A DNA stretch of 63,975 nucleotides, the filler included. It is 9 parts of 9 records of this genome, joined end to end, with 100 filler letters (N's around TTAATTAATTAA, not from the genome) between each part and the next. Parts side by side here need not be neighbours in the genome. Positions count along the whole stretch, not along the records: positions 46,198 to 52,282 come from SRR7504441_2722; positions 52,383 to 55,940 come from SRR7504441_2724; positions 56,041 to 63,975 come from SRR7504441_2728; 6 more parts are not named here. One strand, written 5' to 3'. Positions 48,892-59,000 of the stretch are shown piece after piece. A program made the position numbers and the translations under genes. Numbering within the stretch: position 1 is the first letter of the stretch; the number at the start of each line of letters is the position of its first letter. Below the pieces are notes generated by a model that did no database searches, was not told the DNA's origin, and was given only the letters and a program-made list of their open reading frames with translations.

Positions 48892-51220
48892 TTATATTAT
48901 TGAGCCAGAGAAGTCAGAAGATCCCATTGACGGAGGCGGGAGATCACTGGTCGTCACTTCCATGCTTTGAACATCGCTCGTGTGAACATCTGGCTTGCGT
49001 GCCGCATTCTCTCCATCTGGCAAGTCCCGATCCTCTCGTTCGCTGATGGCCAGTTCAATCGCCAGCCCCCAAGCCTCTTGCTCACTCTCACGAAGTGATT
49101 CCGTGTATGACCAGCTGCCTTTCATCTCCTGGACCCCGCTCGAGTTCTCCGACTTTCCACCAAACTGGGATGTTCTGCGCAACTCCATCTCTTGCAGGAA
49201 GATCTCACCAAACTCGTGCACCTCGGCTGTTTGACTCGGAACCACTGCGAGTTTGGCCCGCAGCGCTGGTTTGACACAATTCTCAGATAGAGCGCAGTGG
49301 AAGTGCCCATTGCACGGCCGCTGGATCCTCTCGGTCCGTCTCTCATGGTCACACGCTAAGTGAAAAGCGCTGTGGAACGGCTCCTTGGCCGCTTCCTTGA
49401 GCCCAATCTCGTCAAGGTATCCATCCAACTCGCCTAGACTAATCCTACCATCATGATTCTGATCCATATCCTCAAAGAATCTGTCTGCACCGCCCTCATG
49501 CAGCCTAGTAACCAGTCGTATCCGGTGCATGAGCCGCCAACGCTGGTTCAGGCAATAGAACACCATCGAGCAGGCGAGCAAATAGAAGATCAGCATGCCC
49601 AAGTATTCAAATACATCAGCAACACTGGCAGATTCACAGGTCCAAGTGAGCTGGTGCTGGCACTCAGCAAGGGCCACATCAGTCCAGCTCCAGCCGACAA
49701 TGATCCCCAGCACTGTTACGTAAAGCGCATGCTCCTTTCGCAATGTCGCTACCTGTTTCATCTCACTTATAAGCTCATGACACCACCACTCATCGAGCCT
49801 GCGAATCTCAAAATTCAGCCAGTTGCGCCAAACTGTAATTGCAATAGATCCAGCAGTCACTAGCACGCCGTAATAAACCTCTGGCCAGATGCTGCAAGGA
49901 CTGCCAGCTATGGCCGCCACTGAAGGATCGAGCAGACTCGGCACAGAGCAGTTGCACATCACGAAATAAAACTGAAACTTGATGAAGTCCGCAACGAGCC
50001 ATGCCAGCAGAAACTGGAACGAACCAACTACCAACAAGAGCGCATTCTCTTTGAAATTCCGCGCGTGCAACCGCATTTCCATATGGCGGCCACGAGCCTC
50101 CCTAAAGAGCTGCCAGGAGGTCAGCTTGCGGACAAGCACCCCGACGACGACCATCTGGAGCACTTGATAGATAGAAGAACGAAATTGCAGCCCCTCCTTG
50201 CCTGGACTGTGAAAGAATGGATAGTAGCCCAGATACCATGGCAACCAACTGAGAGTGACATCTGCCAACACAGATTTCAGTCAAACAAATCAGAATCTAA
50301 TAGAACTTACACCAACCATAGCCGACAGCGAGCCGAATTGGAGAGACGGCAACAATCCCCTGGTACCCTCGGTGGAACTTGGCAGGGACCAGCCGAGTGG
50401 CCACCACAAAGGCGAGCAGCCGGAGCAGCAACCCATACACGAAGGTGCCGACTGAGACAGCGAGGTTGAAGAGCAGATACACCATTCGCTCGGACAAGTC
50501 CGACTGGGATTGCTGGCCCGGTTGGCTAGCTGCATGGTAGGTGTTGATAGGGGCATCAACAAGCTGGTGCAGAGCGGAGACCACATCCTTCAACGACCAG
50601 GCAATCATCATCGGGAGCGACTTTCTGGTTAGGCCCAGCACATCGTCGATGAAACTACGACTGCGGATCCCGTCGATCCGAGTGAAGGCCATCAGGTACA
50701 TGAGCCAAGGTATCAGCGTGCAGGTCCCCAGGTGCCAGATTAACCGGATGTAAAGCCGGTGCCACTTGTCGCACTGGTCTGGGCCACCGCACCATCCCAC
50801 TGCCACCAGGTGATCAAAGAATTGCCCGACCTGGAACGCGTACACGATGGTGAAGGCCTGGGTCAGAAATCCCTCCACCAGCGCTGACGTGCTCTGTTCG
50901 AAGGCGTCCTGGCGGGCCCTGGCGGCGCTGTCTCTTTTCTCGAGAGCGACCAGCCGATGGGTCCGGCAAGCCGCCTCGTTACGGGCGCTATCCAGCGCAT
51001 CCGGCCCTCCAGCCAGCCGGCCTATTGCCGCCGAGAGCGCGACTGCGGGGCCCCACGCGATCCGGAGCGCCTGCTGCGCGGCCAGCGGGCTGTCGAGCTC
51101 GAGCAGCGCCCGGCCGTCCACCAGCTCGCGCTCGAGCGCCGGGAGCACCGTCTGCAACGACTCCGGGGGCACCTCGGCGGCTGCCCACTCGATCACCGCC
51201 CGGCGGTCCCAGCCCTGCAT
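48892..51220 (-). CDS. Protein with SAM domain, multi-pass membrane region and EF-hand
   Basis: SAM W...VIEW...VDGRALLEL...GPAVAL, many TM segments, EF-hand DQNHDGRISLGE, and one GTAAGT...GCAG intron near 50260-50310. Confidence 0.7.
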
Positions 51221-51359
51221 CGGCCTGCTCCGCCGGGCTAGGACGTGGAGTACCGGTAGATCTACTGGTGCCGCGGCGCGGCCGCAAAAATAACGGAACT
51301 GATGAACTCGCCAGTTTCGCGGGACTCGCCGAACGTCGGATACGTATCCGAGAGAAGAG

Positions 51360-52282
51360 ATGGGTGCCTGCATCCCGAAGAAGGCGGAGCAGCAGCAGCA
51401 GTCGGCTCAGCCTGAGTACCGGATCGAGGAGTGGGACTACGGGAAGGCCCAAGACGAGGCGGCGGCCGACGCGGTCCCCATACAGCTGAGGATCCGGCAC
51501 AGGGACGGCCAGGAAGTGCTCGTGAGCACTACTTGCGGCCAGACCATTGGAGGGCTCAAGGTTGCCGCTGCCGAGCAGTGCGGGATGTCGGCCCTCGAGC
51601 TCGAGCAGATCGCGCACCTGGACCTATACCCAGCCGGGGGACAGTACATGCTCGAGCCGGAGGAAATGAAGATCCGGCACTTCGAGGCGATCGGCCCGGT
51701 GAGCCGGCGGCTTGACGGGCTAGCGACCGGGCGGGACAGAATGCGGTGATTGAGTTTCGGAATTTTGACGCAGTCGACCGCATACTGGCCGAGAACGCAG
51801 CCAGGGCAGAGCAGCGAAGGCTGAAGGCGGAGGCGGCCAGGAGAAACAAAAAAGCGGTGCACCTGCGGGTGAACGGCCCGGACGGACTTATGACGGTCGA
51901 GGCCACCTGTGGGACCCGGGTCGGTCTGCTCAAGGACAAGCTGGCGCGTCAGTTCGGAACGCCCAGGGTAAAGCATTTCTTGGAGCTGATTTCTCTCGAA
52001 CTCGCCGGAAAGCGGTTGGAGCCTGAAAGCGATACGATCGTCCAGTTCGAGGCGCTATGCTCGGTGCGCCCCCGTAGGCAGACCAGGCCGATTTTCGTTG
52101 TGGCAGAGCGCTAACGTGCGCATCGAGCACGATTGGACGGAGCGGAAGGATGACAGCAGCGGTAAAGTCTTTTACTACAACACTATCACGGAGGAGAGTC
52201 AGTGGGAGGTACCGGAGGCAGATTTCGAGCCGTTTGTAGCACCGGCTACGTGTTCCTCCTGTGTTGCGATCCAGATTGCGGC
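51360..52282 (+). CDS. N-acylated protein with two UBL-like domains and a WW domain, 3' partial
   Basis: MGAC start; IQLRIRH...TIGGLK and VHLRVNG...VGLLKDKL...LAGKRLE; WW domain WTERKDDSSGKVFYYNTITEESQWEVP. Confidence 0.7.
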
Positions 52283-52382
52283 NNNNNNNNNNNNNNNNNN
52301 NNNNNNNNNNNNNNNNNNNNNNNNNNTTAATTAATTAANNNNNNNNNNNNNNNNNNNNNNNNNNNNNNNNNNNNNNNNNNNN
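52283..52382. other. Artificial contig linker
   Basis: N44-TTAATTAATTAA-N44. Confidence 0.98.
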
Positions 52383-52492
52383 CTAGTACACGTAGCTGTA
52401 TGTTGTGTGGATTGTGAGCTCGCCTCACGGCGGACAGTACTTACATGTACGAATTGAGTCACGCCGTGACATGAAATACACAACACGTCGCA

Positions 52493-55400
52493 TCAGTCTA
52501 AGGCCTCAACCGACGCTCGGATCAGCTTTTTGAGTGTGCCGATATCGTGATTCAACCCATGACTGGATATCCGATTCTTCTGGGTCAACCTGCCCAGAAG
52601 CTCAAAGAGGCCAGCAACAGGCAGCAGGCACCGGTGTATGTTCTCGACCAGGGCCATGATCTTGACATCTAAGATTGTTTTGATGGCCTTCCGCTCCTTC
52701 GCATCATTCTCTGCCTGCTTCTTGAACTTTTGGAGATCCTCAGCGTGCGCTTGCTTCTCCACCATCATGCGTTCCTCCTCTACTGCAATTTGTTTGCTCA
52801 TTTCTTCCATCTGCTTATCATAGGACAATTTAAGCATCTGCGTCTCGTCCTCGATCACCGCGATGTTTTGCTGGATGTTCCGCAGCGGTGCGGATGTGGG
52901 CCCTGTCCGCCTTGTCACACCTAGCCTGCACTCACAGGCACCGTTCATCAACCGTCGTGACTCCTGCAGCGCTTTCTTGAGTTCTACATCTACGTTCTGC
53001 AGTTGTTGGCTCATGTCGCTCCGCCACTCGTCGTGCCGTTTTACAAGCTCAGCCTTGTACCGCTGCGTTTGCTTCCCGTTTCGAACACTGCTGCTTTGCT
53101 GTTCAGCCTCCGCGACTTGGAGCAACAACTGTTGGTGAGCACGTTGACCCGACCCGACCAGCTGCATGATACCACCCTGCTTGGACAGTGCTGACTTGAG
53201 GTCTTCCGCTGCAACTCCTCCGGCAGCCTCGCCGTCTGCACCTGCATTGTCGGCGACAATCGAGGCCAGCCTCTGTTGGAACTCGGGGGCGCTGGAACAG
53301 CGCATCTTGGAGAGCTCTTGCAGGGCTTGATTCGTGTCCCCATCAGCGCTGTTCAACTTCCGAGCCCGGCAGACCTGTCACACAGTCATGCCATCCAGAG
53401 GGAGCCAGCAGGCCACCTTGCTTATCCTCTCTTCGAGCTCTGTGTGCACCATCTGCTCTAGCCGTTCCTTGAGCGTCGCCTCTACTGCAGCCTTCTGTCG
53501 CTTCTTCTGATCCAGTCTGCCTCGGAGTTCCTGGAGATTATCAAGCTCCTCCTGGCTTGCAGGCGGTTCCTGGCTGGATCTAGCAGGCCGTCGCTGCTCA
53601 ATCGCTTCGAGCGTAACGTCGACTCCATTTAAATGATCAGGGATAGTGACCCCTGCTTCTACCAGCTGCTTCTTTAGGCTAATAGCTGAGTTGGTCTTTG
53701 CATCGATTGTGTCCTCCATCTGCTTCTGGTGCTGGTCGAAAGCATCCACCTCATCCTGCAGCATCATGATAGTCTCATCCCTCCTGTTGAGCGACGCTGT
53801 CAGCGCGATCATCACGTCGCGCTGCTTGAGCAGCAAGTGCTTGTATTTGTCAGCCTGACACACCGTCAACACAACCCTTGGCAACCCGCACGCAATACCT
53901 GCGACTTATCCTCTACGGTCGCAGCCCGCTGATTCTGTATCTCAGCCATCCGCTCCTGGCCCAGATGCCCTCAGGGGAGGTGGGCAAGGACGAACAACTG
54001 ACCTTATACTCCTGGCTCATCCGGACCTGCTCTGCTCCATCAACTGTGTGCCCAGAGCTCATCAGCCTCATCTCCTCTTCCAGCCTCTCCAGCTGCTTCC
54101 TCAGCAGGGTCGCCTCCTGCTTTTCCATCGTGTACTCCCTCGAGCGCTCCTCTAGCACGTTCTGCGCCTCTATCTTGTCTCTCTCTGCCCGCTTGCGCTG
54201 CTCATCTAGTGCGACCAGCTCGTCCTGCGATGAATTGCTCTTCAGCGCCTCTTTGAGCCGAGCGATCTCCTGCTCGTACTTCCGAAGCATCGCCTTCTCG
54301 TCCACCTCCACATTCACGGTGGCGAAATTCTTCACGTGCTTGGCTCGAGATGCAAACTTGAGAGTGGACAGCGCTTCGGAGGCCGCGTCCTCAGCCGGGC
54401 CTATGGTGGCCACAAGAGTGGTGCGACAGTTTCCACCCAGCGAATCCTCGAGCAGTCGCGTCAATTTAGAGTTTCGATACGGGATGTGGCTGGAATTTGG
54501 GTCTGTCAGCGCAGCAATCACGTTCCCCAATGCTGAGAGTGATCCGTTGATGTGCTTGACTTCCTCCAACCTGTCGCCTGTGGCACCGGACACACGGACC
54601 CTCTCGGATCCGGCGAGGTCCACCAGGTTCAACTTGCCCAGTCTGGTCTTTTTCTTGCATTCTAAGAGGGCCATCTCACTCTCAGGGTACCCTGTCACAT
54701 CCACCTGTTGCATGTCTGGTCAGAGCCTGGCCACTTTGTCTGCAGCGCACCTCAGTCCCGTCGGCGGTCTGGTAGTAGGGCTCGGACTGCTCCACCATCA
54801 CAATGAACACGGCGTGCGACCGGCTGGACACGTCATTCATCCTGCGCCCAGAGCTCAGTGCTGTCAGCGCGCTGTCCTGACTTGGTCGAAGCAGTCGCGC
54901 GAAGCGCCGAGCCCCGGTGCAGCAAGTCAGACACTTCGTCGACAGACCTGCCCCCGACTAAACACCTGCCACACTAGCAACCGCGAACCGGACGACCCAC
55001 TCTGACAGCGACTCGACGTAGATTCCCTTTTTCTTGTCTTCGCGGATCGCCAAGTTGCTCAGCTCTGGCCTGAGCAGGTCTGAAATGATTTCCTTGTAGA
55101 TCTGCAGGTAGGACACTCGGACTAACCAGTGCTTCTGCGGGTCGGCTGCGATCGCCCCAAACACTTGCTGGACTACCCTCGGGATAATCCCACGTCGCTG
55201 CTCCTCCTGCTCCACAGCTTGCCGGCAGCCACAGTCGCGGGCCGCACCGTGGCGAAACCCTCCATGGTGTAGGTCTTACCGGTGCCTGTCTGTCCATACG
55301 CGATGATCGAGGCGTTGTACCCCTGCCGCGGCCTCGCACGATGGCCAGCCGCAGCGCACCTTTAGCATCGAAAGCACCGCCGGCTGTGCGGTGGTCCTGT

Positions 55401-55810
55401 ACACCTGCGCGGCCCGGCTGGCACACCGCCCCGCTCGCCGCTCGCACCGTCTCCTGCTCAGTACGGCTGTCGTAGACCTGGTCGAAAATGTACGTGTGGT
55501 CATGGCCCTGCCGCGCGCTGAGCCGCCCTCCGGCCGCAGCGGGGCACCTCCTCGCCTTCCCCCTGACCCGAGGAGCCCAAGGTGACCGAGTTCTGCGACC
55601 TGTCGATCTGGCCGGCACAGCTCAGCGACGGGGCTGCCAGCCAGGGGCCACTCACCGCCACCACATTCCTGAACTCGCGCTTCTCGAGCTCCCGTGGGAG
55701 GGGTGGTCTCACGCGCACCACAACCTGCGCACCAGCCGGCTGGCGCTCCTGCAGCAGCTGAAGGATGCCTTGAGGTTGTCGTCGACGGCTGCCAGGGCGC
55801 TGGAATTCAT
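52493..55810 (-). CDS. N-type kinesin motor with coiled-coil tail (subfamily not resolved)
   Basis: Spliced [67 protein letters not shown] and [10 protein letters not shown]; about 14 introns. Confidence 0.95.
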
Positions 55811-55887
55811 TGCACCACCCTCGGAACGACGCCGGCGGCCTGCAGTGCGCGCAGTGGAACTCAAAAACGAACGTCAACGAAAGTTGA

Positions 55888-55898
55888 TCTAACGGCTA
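55888..55898 (+). promoter_or_regulatory. Exact match to the MSA/Myb consensus YCYAACGGYYA, 78 bp upstream of the kinesin start
   Basis: TCTAACGGCTA is present; function is inferred only. Confidence 0.4.
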
Positions 55899-55940
55899 CC
55901 TCAGGCTACCTGGTACTGGGGGGGAGTATGGAGGAGATGA

Positions 55941-56040
55941 NNNNNNNNNNNNNNNNNNNNNNNNNNNNNNNNNNNNNNNNNNNNTTAATTAATTAANNNN
56001 NNNNNNNNNNNNNNNNNNNNNNNNNNNNNNNNNNNNNNNN
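55941..56040. other. Artificial contig linker
   Basis: N44-TTAATTAATTAA-N44. Confidence 0.98.
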
Positions 56041-59000
56041 TCCAAAAACAGCAGCGCACTTGCACGATCTGCGAGCAAAAGTAATCTGGAGCTTACTCTC
56101 TCCAGGTCTGGTACTGCATTGTCTCGGTCTGCATCAACTTCTGCTGGGCTTGATGGGAAGGGTTGGACCGTTGAGCAGCTGACAGATGCCGCCCTGGCTT
56201 ATATCTCTGAGACTCCAGGTAAGCTCGAGAATGCGGAGTTAGTGGTTGAAGAGAATTTCTCATCTCATTTGGAGGCTACTAAGTTGCTGAATCTGGCTCG
56301 GCAGTGGGTGACCAACTTTATGCCACACTGCATTGCCAAGATCAACCGGGTGAGCATTGCCCCTAATAGTATACTGACTGGATGGTGTGCTCTTAGGTTA
56401 GCTATGGGCTTTTGCAGCCGCATGATCTTGGCAGCGATGAGATGAACGACCTTGGCATTCCTCAAGGCCTACTCTCCTCGCGGTGGCTGCTTGCTGTTCC
56501 TTTTGTAGGCAAGGATCGTCCTAGTGCTGCATCAGAATTTGCTCATCCAGAAGTTCAAATTGGGCTCACAATTCTTGCGTACCGGTACGAAGGGCTTCGT
56601 ACTAATGATGCATACAGATTAGTCAAACAGTTGAAAGTCGAGCTGAAGAATGAGGCGGGTCCAATGAAGGAGCGCCCAAAGCGTGTGCTGTTTGACAAGT
56701 GGATCAGCCTAGCAATTGAGCAAGAGCGCAGGAGCCTCACTGCAACCAAGCTGAAGCGTACGGCTACAGCAACAATGGCTTCAGTAGACGTGTTACCGCT
56801 GGATCTGCTCACTGAGACCGATAAGAATCAAATGGAAAAAGTGTGGGGAGCCATGCGGCTGGTTCCTGAGGTGGCCTTGTATTTCCTGTCGTTGGATGTG
56901 TTCCCTTCGACTACAAAGCACCAGAAAGAGAAGCTTTCTGCTTCAGGCGTTGATCTTGGCAGTGATTTACTCTTTGGAACTCGCTTTGGCTTCTCTGGTC
57001 AGTCTTGAAAGCCTTGCTAGTCACTGAATCTGAGTGCAGGCACACCGTCGAATTTGCTTCCCAAGGAGCTTTCCCCATGCCATTATGAGGTTGGAAGCGA
57101 GGCTGAGATCGTTCGTGTGCTCACTTCAAAGGCAGCCCCCAGTCTAAACGACTTTGTAAATGACTGATCCTTTGGCAGGAGTATGTATCGACAGAAGTGC
57201 TTGAAGCCTGGGATGTCCGCTCACTGCTAGAAAATGTGGCAAAGGGACACTACCATGCCTTGATTGATACTGGTGCTCTTGTGACGGGTATGACAAATGA
57301 GGAAGTTGCACGGCATTTGCTTGCCCATGGGCTAGACCATGTCGAGGCATGCGTGTTCCTCGACACGTCTGACTGCAAAATGGTGGTGGATCGACTCGGA
57401 GGAGCTGCTGTGCCCCTTGATCGCTGTGGGATCGCCGTGGATCGTCGCTTCACTTTCTTTGATCAGATTCATACAACCGGAACTGATATCCCTCAGCCAC
57501 TGGATGCTTGCGCTGTTGTTACTTTAGGTAAAGATATGGACCTGAGAGACTATGCACAAGGAGTCTGGCGAATGCGTGGTATTGCCAAAGGCCAGTCCAT
57601 TCACCTCATCATTGTAAATCAGATCGTTCAACTGATGGAAGACGCAGTGGGCTCTAAGCTTCGGACCTCTGTCGACAAGCCATCAGACTTGCAGGACGAA
57701 ACCTCCCAAATTCTGTGCGACGTGGTTGCTTGGTTGGTGACCAATAGTATGCGCCTCGAGGAGCTCTGTCAACTTGCGCTTTGGCAACAGTGCTTGTCTA
57801 ACATCTGGCGTAAGCGTGCATTCAACGAGCTGATGACGTCGCAGTCTCCTGCCAAGCCAGATGGCGCTGCTCTTTCTAAACCCGCATTGGTATCTAGATT
57901 CCACAAAAGTTTATCTGATGAGGAGATCGCCAAGATTTTGGAACAGAATCCCGATGAAACCCTCGAAATGTCCAGGGAGAATTCTGCTGCCCCCTCAGCA
58001 GATCCTGGGGTGAGGAAGAGGGCGGTAGACAAGGTAATGCGGGAGATGCGGGCTTTGATGACACAGCTGGCGACCGATCCGCAGATGCAAAACGATCCTC
58101 AGCAGTTTATGGGAATGATGATTGGTTGTCTGCAGCACCTCCCCGGTTTCAGGCCAGATCCACAATTCATTCAGGCCTATGCCCAGGCCTTCATACCAGC
58201 CTTCCAGGCGTGTGTCACAGGACAGGGAGAGGCGGCACTTCGCAAGGGCGTTGAGGATGTTCAGAAAGTCATTGATCAGATTCAAGCACAGATTGCAGCA
58301 CAGGAGGAGAACCAAAGAGAAGGTCCTGTGGAACCTGATCCTGAAAAGCTACCCAATGTTGTTGCGATTGTTGGGGAGGAGAGGATAGCACAGGCACGCT
58401 GGGCCTTGAGCAAGACACGGAATGACATGCAGCAAGCTTGTAATCTGCTTCTGAATGCACCACAAGAAGAGATCGAAAAGGCCATGGCCGCAGAGCCTCA
58501 GTTTGGTAAGATGCTTTGTGTAATACTTCATACTTTGTTCTGAGCTGGGGGCAGGTGGGGATGAACAAGCCAATCAGGAAGGCGAGACTGTAGCCGATCC
58601 TGAAAAGGTAGCCTCACCCGGCTACAGCTTGCTTACTCTTCTTGTGCAGGTTACTCAGTTAGTTGGTATGACTGGGCGATCTGTAGAGGAGGCTGAGTTC
58701 GCGCTCAAGCACTTTGACAACGACCTCAACAAAGCCGCCAATTTCATGATAGAGACTCCTTCTGACAAAATTATCGAAATGATGAAAGCGAAAGAGGCAG
58801 AGGATACAGCGGCAGCTTCTGGTCAAGAGGAAGCTCCAGAGGATGCAGCAGAAAGCGCAGAGTTACCAGCAGATGAAGTGCCGCAGAGTGAATCTCCTGG
58901 CAAGGCCCTTCTGACTCGCACCAAGTCCTCTTTTGCCCGCCAGGTGAAGGTTGAATTCGACTATCTCACGACGCAAGAAGGAATGGATCCCAATGCAGCC

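Noticed and set aside
9637-56040. Eight regularly recurring TTAATTAATTAA elements in N runs
   Set aside because: They are identical 100-bp synthetic linkers, not a repeat family or CRISPR array. Adjacency across them has no biological meaning.
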